Shown here: positions 39,093 through 50,829 of the stretch, piece after piece
Position numbering within the stretch: the stretch's first letter is position 1
Layout: every line of letters starts with the position of its first letter
NCBI GenBank assembly: GCA_051294375.1
Contig: CM119270.1
Coordinates: forward strand, 5,092,152-5,156,151
Direction of reading: 5' to 3'
DNA from: Paraspadella gotoi
Taxonomy: Eukaryota; Animalia; Chaetognatha
DNA length: 64,000 nucleotides
Position numbers and translations under genes: made by a program
Notes under the pieces: model-generated
What the model was told of the DNA's origin: nothing
Seen by the model: only the letters and a program-made list of their open reading frames with translations
The model's database searches: none

Positions 39093-39170
39093 GAAAAGCT
39101 TTCGGGTTATCGATTTCCCGAACCTCTCGCATGCTAAGCAGCGCTCCTTCAATTTTTGAGCTAAGCCCCT
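39093..39170 (-). tRNA. tRNA-Ala(AGC)-like gene or pseudogene, indel-damaged mirror copy
   Basis: Reverse complement reads AGGGGCTTAGCTCAAAAATTGAAGGAGCGCTGCTTAGCATGCGAGAGGTTCGGGAAATCGATAACCCGAAAGCTTTTC. Confidence 0.55.
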
Positions 39171-42100
39171 ACAAAAGCCCGACAACATTCTTCAGGATGA
39201 GACCAAAGTTTTTGTGTCATTACATCAATTTTTCTTTAACTTTCTAGCTTCTCTTGCAAAAGGAGCTTACATTCAATTTTCAATAACCGTATAATCTTCT
39301 TTTTTTCCGACACAGTCGCAACACATCAGCCAAAAAAAAAAACATTGTGGCGGTAATACCTTCATCACCGCCTTCGCGTCCACCATGCCTTCTGTCCAAA
39401 ATCGTATTGCTCAGAGGAGGAACACACCCATCCGCAGGCGTAGTGTTCCATCCACAGTCGCTAACGACTTCCGATCGCGTTGGCAAAGCGACGGTCCCGT
39501 CCGTAGGGTAACTGCGCCAGTGAGCAGGAGGCGTCACTGAGGGGTCCGCGAAGCCCCCAAAGCCATAACAGATGAGATGCCCCAATCCCAATGGGCATCA
39601 TAACTAGGGCAACTCGGCCTGTTGGCCAATACCATTTTATTTAAAACGAAATGGTCAGTGAAACCGAACCCAAACAAAACTGTGGCCTAACCGAGGAGTG
39701 AAACACTCAGTCCCCGCCCATGACCACGCAAGAAAATTGCCTACAAATGAAACTAGGGGCAAAAAAAACAAAAAATAAAATTAGGGGTGTATTTTTCCGA
39801 AAAATAATTATTTTCTGTATTCTATTTACGAAAGTTTAACAAAAATTTGGCGTCCGGTCTTCCGAATAAACGTTGGACCCGTGATCGCGCCGACGTTAAA
39901 AAGTGACATCTGACGAGGAACCCGTTTTTGGATAAAAGGTTTTGACGTTTAAAAAATTAAAAAATAGCCGTCGAAATCATTTAGCGGGATAATAATAGTT
40001 TAAATAAAAAATAATCTAAAGTAGCAAAAATATGCTTTGTATCGTACTATTTCGAGAAAAATTTTAACGTGTTTTTAAAATATATTTATTTAATATTCTG
40101 GCAATCCCCCTCCCTCCCTCCTCCGATCCCATCTAAAAATCATAATCGGTATTTTTAAGGTCAAAGTTATTTCAATGTCTACTATGTTTAATAAAATGGG
40201 ACCATTTCTATTNNNNNNNNNNNNNNNNNNNNNNNNNTCTGTCACGACTTGCCACTTACCCGAAACTAACTCACCTGATTCCACATCTTCAAGTGAGTGT
40301 GAGTCGGTCCTTAGTCTCGAATCCAATTAAATCACGTGATACTGAGGATTCGCTCGACCTTTAATCTTTAATTCATCTAAATGTCTCAATAATATCATTA
40401 TTATTATCGCTCCTTACTATATATCGCTATGAGACTAAAAAGTGAATGAATGACTGAATGAGTGAATGACTAATTGATTTATCGTTCGATAGTCGTTTTT
40501 ATCGTCGTCGTCGTCGTTGTTCTCATTTTAAAGTCTTTTTTAATTTTNNNNNNNNNNNNNNNNNNNNNNNNNNNNNNNNNNNNNNNNNNNNNNNNNNNNN
40601 NNNNNNNNNNNNNNNNNNNNNNNNNNNNNNNNNNNNNNNNNNNNNNNNNNNNNNNNNNNNNNNNNNNNNNNNNNNNNNNNNNNNNNNNNNNNNNNNNNNN
40701 NNNNNNNNNNNNNNNNNNNNNNNNNNNNNNNNNNNNNNNNNNNNAAAAAAAAAAAAAGATTTAAAGAAACGAAAATGAAAACAAAATTGTTTTATTTACT
40801 TTTTAAATTTCTTTTTCACTCCAACCGACAAAATAACAATAACAACCTCAGCNNNNNNNNNNNNNNNNNNNNNNNNNNNNNNNNNNNNNNNNNNNNNNNN
40901 NNNNNNNNNNNNNNNNNNNNNNNNNNNNNNNNNNNNNNNNNNNNNNNNNNNNNNNNNNNNNNNNNNNNNNNNNNNNNNNNNNNNNNNNNNNNNNNNNNNN
41001 NNNNNNNNNNNNNNNNNNNNNNNNNNNNNNNNNNNNNNNNNNNNNNNNNNNNNNNNNNNNNNNNNNNNNNNNNNNNNNNNNNNNNNNNNNNNNNNNNNNN
41101 NNNNNNNNNNNNNNNNNNNNNNNNNNNNNNNNNNNNNNNNNNNNNNNNNNNNNNNNNNNNNNNNNNNNNNNNNNNNNNNNNNNNNNNNNNNNNNNNNNNN
41201 NNNNNNNNNNNNNNNNNNNNNNNNNNNNNNNNNNNNNNNNNNTTTGGGAGGGGGGGTGGATGGTTGGAATAGAAATGGTCCCATTTTAGTAAACATAGAC
41301 ATTGAACTACTTGACTAAAACGATTTGATTTTTAGGATGCAAGAAATATTAAATAAAATAAAACAGTTAAATTTCNNNNNNNNNNNNNNNNNNNNNNNNN
41401 NNNNNNNNNNNNNNNNNNNNNNNNNNNNNNNNNNNNNNNNNNNNNNNNNNNNNNNNNNNNNNNNNNNNNNNNNNNNNNNNNNNNNNNNNNNNNNNNNNNN
41501 NNNNNNNNNNNNNNNNNNNNNNNNNNNNNNNNNNNNNNNNNNNNNNNNNNNNNNNNNNNNNNNNNNNNNNNNNNNNNNNNNNTCGTCAGATGTCACTTTT
41601 TAAGACGTCGGCGATCACGGGTCACGTTTATTCGAGACGCCAAATTTTTGTTAACTTTCGTAAATACAGAAAATAATTATTTTTCGAAAACCTAATTATT
41701 TTTTGTTTTTTTGCCCCTAGTTCATGTAGGCAATTTTTGGTGGTCATGGGCGGAGAGTGTTTCACTTCTCGTTGGCCAGTTTTGTTTTGGGTTCGGTTCA
41801 CTGACATTCGTTTTAAATAAAATGGTATGGCAACAGCCGAGTTGCCTGTGATGCCCATTGGGATNNNNNNNNNNNNNNNNNNNNNNNNNCAAAACCATTT
41901 CTTTAAAAGAGCAATGGAAAAGTGAACCGAACCCAAAAACAAATATGGTCCACACCGCAGAAGTGAAACACTCTCCGCAGTGACACCGAAACCACTTGGC
42001 TAACGAACTAGGCAAAAAAAAAAAAATGAATTACGCGTTCCGCGAAAAATAATTATTTCTGTATTAACGGAAAGTATAACAAAATTTGGGCGTCTCGAAT

Positions 42101-43467
42101 AAAGTAACCCGTGATGCCCGACGTCTTAAAAAGTAGACATCTGACGGGACCTTATTGGAAAAGTTTGACACTTTAAAATAGCGTCGAAATATCCTAGCGA
42201 TATAGATACGTTTATAAATAATCAAGTAGAAATCTTGTATCGTACTCTATTCGAAATTAAGACTGTTTTCATTTTATTAATATTTCTTGATCATTAAAAT
42301 CAAATCGCTTTAAGTCCAATAGCTACATATTCGTATGCTTTATAAAGCCTGATCTGAGCTACTATTTCCAATCCACCCCCCAATAAAAAAACTTTGCAAC
42401 TCCCGCGAAATCCTGACAGAAACGACAAAATGACGAATCCGTCCGTCCCACCACCTCTCCGTCCCCCTCCTCCCTCGTCCTTCGTCCTCCTTCCTTCTGG
42501 CACCACCCATCCCTCCAACCCTTCGCCTCACCGCCCTCCTTACCTTCACCTCTATCAATCCACCCCACTCCGCTCCGGGCGTGGTTGCTCGTCGATTCGT
42601 CTTGTCTTTCGAAACAGATAAACAGCCCCGAGATTCGCCACCCCTTCTCGACCCCATTCGCATCAGCCGAGGCCATCGGCGGCTCTATGAGCTTTTTTGC
42701 GTGAGGGCCATGTTGGTGGCTGAGGTTTGTTATACTGTTATTTTGTCGGTTGGAGTGAAAAAAGAAATTTAAAAAAGTTAAATAAAACAATTTTGTTTTT
42801 ATTTCGTTTCTTTAAATCTTTTTTTTTTTTTTGGATAGAATGTGTTTGTTGCACATTGCGAAGTTCATATTTGAATACGTAATTAACAGAAAAACAATTA
42901 AATTTGCGAAGCCGTAATGTATGAACACTCCTACGGTTCATTATGAGACGAAAAAAAAAAATTTAAAATAAAAAGACTATAAATCGAGAACAACGACGAA
43001 CGACGACGATAAAAACGACTCATCGAATGATCAAATCAATTATCATTTCACTGGCACATCATTCATTGACATTTTTAATACTCATAGCGGGATATATAGT
43101 AAGGAGCGATAATAATAATGATAATTAGAGACATTAGATGAATTAAAGATTAAAAGGTCGAGCGAATTACACCTCAGGATATACACGTGATTTAATGGAT
43201 TAGAACTCACACCGCCGACCGACTTCAAACTCACTGAAGATGTGGACACTCGCGTGATTAGTTTCGGGTAAGATGGCAAAGTCGTGACAGAAGAGAGAGA
43301 GAGAAAGAGATAGAGAGAGAGAGAGAGACTTTTTTTTGTGTGTGTGTGTGTCGTGAAAAATGAATGATTATACGGTTATGAAAATTGAATGTAAGCTCCT
43401 TTGCAAGAGAAGTAGAAAGTTAAGAAAAATTGATAATGACACAAAACTTTGTCTCGACTGAAGAATG

Positions 43468-43540
43468 TGGGGCTTAGCTGAATTGGAAGAGCGCTCGCTT
43501 AGCATGCGAGAGGTTCCGGGATCGATACCCGAAAGTTTTC
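43468..43540 (+). tRNA. tRNA-Ala(AGC) gene or pseudogene
   Basis: GGGGCTTAGCTGAATTGGAAGAGCGCTCGCTTAGCATGCGAGAGGTTCCGGGATCGATACCCGAAAGTTTTC. Anticodon arm CTCGC-TTAGCAT-GCGAG and T-loop ATCGAT match eukaryotic tRNA-Ala(AGC); T8 Pol III terminator at 43551-43558. The acceptor stem is weak (several G-T pairs). Confidence 0.7.
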
Positions 43541-43694
43541 TGGCCCTCCATTTTTTTTAATAAACCTGAGAAAGGAATTGCTTCCATGCTCGTAAAGCAA
43601 GAGGAAGACTGAGAGATAAAGAGAGAGACGCAGATATTTTCGATTGGGTCTGGAACACTTGTGGATGAGGCGCTCAGTGGGCTGAAAATGACTA

Positions 43695-43890
43695 TCCGAA
43701 ACTTCAATAACCCCCGCTAGTAGCAATGAATCGGGTCCTGGTCTTGGAAAGAGGATTGAGGGTTTGTCACGCCCGCAAGGCGGCTTACGGCCGTCCTCAC
43801 GCTTCCTGCAGGGTAGGAAGCGGGTTGGGATTGAACCCTGTACGTAGAGGTCGTGAGCTGATGGCTTTACTCAATGAGCCACCGGGGTGA
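43695..43890 (-). mobile_element. tRNA-derived SINE-like element (mirror copy)
   Basis: Reverse complement ggtggctcattgagtaaagccatcagctcacgacctctacgtacagggttcaatcccaacccg, followed by the same body as 38716-38910. Confidence 0.5.
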
Positions 43891-46525
43891 ACCTAGGCAA
43901 TGCCCGACTACGCACTTGTCTCGCTTGGAAGGACGAAGAAGTCAAGTGTTGTAGAGAAGAAGGACATAAACCACCAAAAACTTTAGAGAGAGAGAGAGAG
44001 AGAGAAGAAAATAGAGTGAGATAGGCTAATGGGAGAGATAAAAAGAGAAAGAGAGAGAGATAGAGAAAACCAACAATTTAAAAAAAGCCTTTGCGAATGT
44101 CTTGGTTTAAAATTCGTCTTCATTTTTTAAATATTTAGTTTACTACTCATAAATTACTGTAAATTATTTTTCTGAAACGTAGGCGATTTTATCAAAAAAA
44201 ATCAAGCAGTCAAAGGAAACAATGACACTCTTTTTTGGATTTGTAATGTTAAGAAGCGTGTATTCATTTAATCACATAATTTATGTTGATTCTAAATGTA
44301 CGTCTATTGTATAATATCAATACGTACAATTTATTTTAGCAAATTTATAGATAAAATATTTTTAATTTTCCTTTAAACGTTATCCCAGGGCCTTTGTTAA
44401 TTTCTGTTTACTTTTACATGACTCGTCTAATGAATGATTAGACCAATGACAAACATATCAACGGGAAAAAATCAATCAATCAACTGACCACAAACAAAAA
44501 CATCCTAAACAGATGCTGCGCCGCATCGAAAAAAAAGGACAGTAAATAAACGGGCCTAAAATATCTTAAACACAGTCTTCGCTTCAGTAATATACTTCTG
44601 TTCAGAATAGTCGTCGACCGTTTTTAAATTAGAAATATACATATATTCGCTATTTCTCGAACCACTTTTTACCATGTCGCCGCGAGGCCCAACGGTCCAG
44701 GCATTCTCCTCCACCCTGCCCTCCGCATCGGGGCATTCCCCCACAACCCCTCCCCGCCTCCCGCCTCCCGAGAGGAGATGAAAGCCAAGAGCTTCGGTTC
44801 CGATTTCGCTTTTTTTTTCTTTCCAAAGCGAAAAGAAAAAATATCCACTGGAGGCGAAAAGGATCGAGGTTGTTGTTCTTAATTTCCTCGTAGATGTCGT
44901 CGTCGTCGTCGTCGTCGTCGTCGTCTGGTCTAATCGAGGTAGTTGAATGTGGGACTTTCATTTAATACTTGACTCAAAGTAGAAAGTTATTCATGAAAAG
45001 TTTTGAGACTTNNNNNNNNNNNNNNNNNNNNNNNNNNNNNNNNNNNNNNNNNNNNNNNNNNNNNNNNNNNNNNNNNNNNNNNNNNNNNNNNNNNNNNNNN
45101 NNNNNNNNNNNNNNNNNNNNNNNNNNNNNNNNNNNNNNNNNNNNNNNNNNNNNNNNNNNNNNNNNNNNNNNNNNNNNNNNNNNNNNNNNNNNNNNNNNNN
45201 NNNNNNNNNNNNNNNNNNNNNNNNNNNNNNNNNNNNNNNNNNNNNNNNNNNNNNNNNNNNNNNNNNNNNNNNNNNNNNNNNNNNNNNNNNNNNNNNNNNN
45301 NNNNNNNNNNNNNNNNNNNNNNNNNNNNNNNNNNNNNNNNNNNNNNNNNNNNNNNNNNNNNNNNNNNNNNNNNNNNNNNNNNNNNNNNNNNNNNNNNNNN
45401 NNNNNNNNNNNNNNNNNNNNNNNNNNNNNNNNNNNNNNNNNNNNNNNNNNNNNNNNNNNNNNNNNNNNNNNNNNNNNNNNNNNNNNNNNNNNNNNNNNNN
45501 NNNNNNNNNNNNNNNNNNNNNNNNNNNNNNNNNNNNNNNNNNNNNNNNNNNNNNNNNNNNNNNNNNNNNNNNNNNNNNNNNNNNNNNNNNNNNNNNNNNN
45601 NNNNNNNNNNNNNNNNNNNNNNNNNNNNNNNNNNNNNNNNNNNNNNNNNNNNNNNNNNNNNNNNNNNNNNNNNNNNNNNNNNNNNNNNNNNNNNNNNNNN
45701 NNNNNNNNNNNNNNNNNNNNNNNNNNNNNNNNNNNNNNNNNNNNNNNNNNNNNNNNNNNNNNNNNNNNNNNNNNNNNNNNNNNNNNNNNCATCGACGACG
45801 ACGACGACGACGACAAACGGTATAATGGGACGGGGTAATGAGCCGGTGCCTGAGGGGAGAAGGGGAGAAGGGGAGAACTAAAGGTTGAGTAAGTGAGGAC
45901 TGGGTGAGTCAGGGGGTGAACTTTGAAGACTGAAGGATTATTTATGATGAGGGTCGTGCGTCTGTCGGAGCCTGGAGTATGGACGAAGGAGCTTTTAATC
46001 TGTATAAGCTTTTCGAAATGGATACAGGGAGACATAGTAAAGTCGCTATTATATATGCTGCGCTTTTTTGAATGTCTATGACCCACGAATAATTTCATGA
46101 GATACCTCTGATTTTGTTATAGACGAATTTAACTGTAGGCGACTCACAAAGATAAATAAACAGAAAAAAAAACCCTTTTTTTTCTAGATTCGTCCTCAAT
46201 TTTCCCTTCATCTCTTCTTAGATAAATTTTCGCGTTGAATTTCTTTATTTGTATACTTCGTTCAACTTATTATATATTATCTATTATCTTCTCATCTTTT
46301 CGATTTATCATCTTTTCATCTCATCTCCTCAACCCTTCTCCTTTTCATCTTTTCATCCTCTAATCGTTTTATCTCATATTTTCAACCCTTCTTCTTCTCC
46401 CTCATCTTCTCATCTCTTCAGTTCCTCATCTTTTCCTCTTCTCAACCCTTCTTTTCTTCATCCCCCTGGCCTCCCTCCAGCTCTGGACAGAAATCCGACT
46501 CTTCCGTTGACAACCACCAGCGGTC

Positions 46526-46596
<71 letters not shown>

Positions 46597-47122
46597 GAGA
46601 GAGAGAGCAGGAGTGGGGATAGGATATAACATTGAGTGGTGGAAGTGTGGGGAAGGAGTGGGGAAATTGGGAAACTGAGGAATGGGGAATAGGGAGTGGG
46701 GGAATGAAAAATAGGGATTAGGGAATAGGGAGTGGGGAAATGAGGGAAGTGAATAGGGAAAAAGGGATAAAAATAAAACTGAGAATAGAAAGGTTAAAGA
46801 GATGAGGGATGAAGGTGAAAATAAAAATTAAAAGAATGGCAAAGGGGGAAAATAAGGAAAAGGAGAGAAAAGAAAGGAAAAAGGAAGGAAAGGAAAAGTA
46901 AGGGAGCGTCGCGGTGCAGAGAGAGAGAGAGAGAATTTCCCTGTGGGACGTAATGAAAAAGGGGAAGAGGGGAGCAATGAAAGAAAATGATATGCTCCCA
47001 TTTGAGGGGGGAGAGAGAGAGAGAGAGGAGAAGAGAAAAGAAGAGAGATAGAGAGAGAGAGGGAAAACGATATGCCCCACTTTGGAGTGGATAACATGTC
47101 GCCAAAAAAAGCTGGAAATGCT

Positions 47123-47197
<75 letters not shown>

Positions 47198-49384
47198 GAG
47201 AGAGAGAGAGAGAGAGAGAAGAAGAGAGACGAGAGAGAGAGAGAGAGATGAGAGAGAGAGAGAGGTTCATTCCTCACCAGAGATCGAAAAGCTTTTAGTT
47301 TTGGCGATCGCGGAGTTTAGTGATTTTCTGGATGTTTTTGTTATTGAGAAGAGAAAGAGCCGAAGTTTTTAGTTAGTTTTCATACGTTTATTAAACTTTC
47401 TCATTGATTATATCATAGTTATATCATAAAAGAATAAGTTGATTTTTTTCTTGTTTTTTTTTCTCTCAGTTTTCCTGTTTTGAATTTTTACAATGTTCCT
47501 TCTTGTTTTTACTGTATTCTTTATCAGTTTTCCTAATAGGCTTTTGTTTCTTTTTTTGTTTGTGTTTTGTTTTTCATTTTTTTTACTCGTTCTTCTTTTT
47601 CTCTTCTACTTCTCCACCTCCATATGCTCCTTTTACCCATGTCGGCGTCTCACTCTCCTCATCGCAAAAAATCATTAATTAACTGAAATACAAATAACAT
47701 GATAGCCGAAGTAACAACCTATCAATTTAAATAATATGTTCAACTAAGACTGACCGGAACTTTCCTAATTTAAAGACCGACACAACTAAACATTCAACTC
47801 TAATTCGGAGAAAAACTAAAACATAAACTTCATTTTTTTTTGTTTCTCGTTTTTTTTAACTTTACTTTGTTTGAGAGATCTTTTTTGACGAAATCTTGTT
47901 TTCATTTTTGACTTGTTTGAACATCCATCAGCCTGGGATGAATGAATTTATTAGAAGAGAAAAATAATTGAAATTTGAATAAGCGAAGAAGATTTCTAAC
48001 GTCGTTATATATATATACGTACACTTTAAAACGTCATTAACTCTATTTAATTCAAACATATCGCATGGAATGGTAAATTAAAATAGATACAACTACAACT
48101 TGATGAAGCTTTTGTGTCCGACTGCGATTCTTATTCGGAGCAAATGTTCGGTTTCTTGTTTATTGACAAAGAAAATATGAAAGAGAAAAAGAAAGTTAAA
48201 ACGAAAAATAAGAAGATTTATACAGAAAGGAAAAGAATCTAATTATGGAAATGAGCGAAGGTTGAGCCTCNNNNNNNNNNNNNNNNNNNNNNNNNGAGGG
48301 AGAGGACTGTAGAAGCGGAGAGAGAGATGAGAGAGAGAGGAGAGAAAGAGAGAGAGAGAGACGAGAGAGAGAGAGAGAGAGGCTCACCTTCGCTCATTTC
48401 CATAATTAGATTCTTTTCCTTTCTGTATAAATCTTCTTATTTTTTCGTTTTAACTTCTTTTTCTCTTTCATATTTTCTTTGTCAATAAACAAGGAAACCG
48501 AACATTTGCTCCGAATAAGAATCGCAGTCGGACACAAAAGCTTCATCAAGTTGTAGTTGTAGTTGTACTTGTATCTATTTTAATTTACCATTTCATGCGA
48601 TATGTTTGAATTAAATAGAGTTAATGACGTTTTAAAGTTGTACGTATATATTATATAACGACGTTAGAAATCTTCTTCGCTTATTCAAATTTCAATTATT
48701 TTTCTCTTCTAATAAATTCATTTCATCCCAGGCTGATGGATGTTCAAACAAGTCAAAAATGAAAACAAGATTTCGTCAAAAAAGATCTCTCAAACAAAGT
48801 AAAGTTAAAAAAAACGAGAAACAAAAAAAAAATGAATTTATGTTTAGTTTTTCTCCGAATGTAGAGTATGAATGTTTAAGTTGTGTCGGTCTTTAAATTA
48901 GGAAAGTGCCTGTCTTAGTTGAACAATTATTTAAATTGATATGGTGTTACTTCGGCATATCATGTTATTGTATTTCAGTTAATTAATTGATTTTTTGCGA
49001 TGAGGAGAGTGAGACGCGACAGGGTAAAAGGAGCATTGGAGGTGGGGAGAAGTAGAAAGAGAAAGAGAACGAGTAAAAAAAATTGAAAAACAAAACAAAG
49101 ACAAAAAAAGAAACAAAAGCCTATTAGGAAAACTGATAAAGAATAAGTAAAACAAGAAGGAACAATGTAAAAATCAAAACAGGAAAATGAGAGAAAAAAA
49201 AACAAGAAAAAATCAACTTATTCTTTTATGATAAACTATGATTAATCAATGAGAAAGTTTAATAAACGTATGAAAACAACTAAAACTTCGCTCTTTCTCT
49301 TCTTAATAACAAAACATCCAGAAATCCACTAAACTCGCGACGCCAAAACTAAAAGCTTTTTCGATCTCTGTGTGAGGAATGAAC

Positions 49385-49415
<31 letters not shown>

Positions 49416-49455
49416 CGTCTCTCTTCTCTCTCTCTCTCTCTCTCTTCTCCTTTCT

Positions 49456-49488
<33 letters not shown>

Positions 49489-50018
49489 GTCTCTCTCTCT
49501 CTCTCTCTCTCTTAGCATTTCCAGCTTTTTTTGGCGACATGGTTATCCACTCCCAAAGTGGGGCATATCGTTTTCCCTCTCTCTCTCTATCTCTCTTCTT
49601 TCTCTTTCTCTCTCTCTCTCTCTCCCCCCTCAAAATGTGGAGCATATCATTTTCTTTCATTCTCCCCCTTCCCCTTTTTCATTACGTCCCACGAGGGAAA
49701 TTCTCTCTCTCTCTCTCTGCACCGCGACGCTCCCTTACTTTTCCTTTCCTTCCTTTTTTCCTTTCTTTCTCTCCTTTTCCTGATTTGCCCCCTTTGCCAT
49801 TCTTTTAATTTTTATTTTCACCTTCATCCTCATCTCTTAACCTTTCTATTCTCAGTTTTATTTTTATCCCTTTTCCCTATTCACTCCCTCATTTCCCCAC
49901 TCCCCTATTCCCTAATCCCTATTTTTCATTCCCCACTCCCTATTCCCCATTCCCAGTTTCCCATTTCCCCACTCCTTCCCCACACTTCCACCACTCATGT
50001 TATATCCTGATCCCCACT

Positions 50019-50090
<72 letters not shown>

Positions 50091-50829
50091 GGTCGACCGC
50101 TGGGGCGTTGTCACGGAAGAGATCGATTTCTGTCCAAAGCTGGAGGGAGGCCAGGGGGGATGAAGCAAAGTAAGGGGTTGAGAAGACGAAAATATGAGGA
50201 ACTGAGACGATGAGGAAGATGCAGTTGTGGCGATTGAGGAAGACAGGAGAAGAAGAAGGGTTGAAAATATGCAGATAAACGACGATTAGAGGAAGAAAGA
50301 GAAAAGAAGAAAGGGTGAGGAGATGAGATTGAAAAGATTGATAAATCGAAAAGTGAGAAGATAATAGAGTTAATATATAATAAGTTGGTGAACGAAGTAA
50401 TACAAATAAAGAAAATTCAACGCGAAAATTTATTCTAGAAGAGAATGTGAAGGGAAATATTTGAGGCACGAATCTAAGAAAAAAAAAGGTTTAGTTTTTT
50501 CGTTTATTTATCTTTGTGAGTATCGCCTACAGTTAACATTCGTCGAGTTATAACGGAAATAAACAGAGGGTATCTCATGAACATTATTCGTGTCATAGAC
50601 ATCAAAAAAGCGCAGCGATTATATAATAGCGACTTTACTATTGTCTCCCTGTATCCATTTCGAAAAGCTTATAAGATTAAAAGCTTCCTTCGTCGCAATG
50701 AAACTCCGAGGCTCCGACAGACGCCACGACCCTCATCATATCATTAATCCTTCAGTCTTCAAAGTTCACGCGACGCTGACTTCACCCAGTCCTCACGTAT
50801 ACTCAACCCTTTAGTCTCCACGTCTCTTC

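Noticed and set aside
44969-46098. Long ORFs spanning N-runs (also 24902-25255, 26658-26960, 40474-41603)
   Set aside because: Open only because N codons are not stops.
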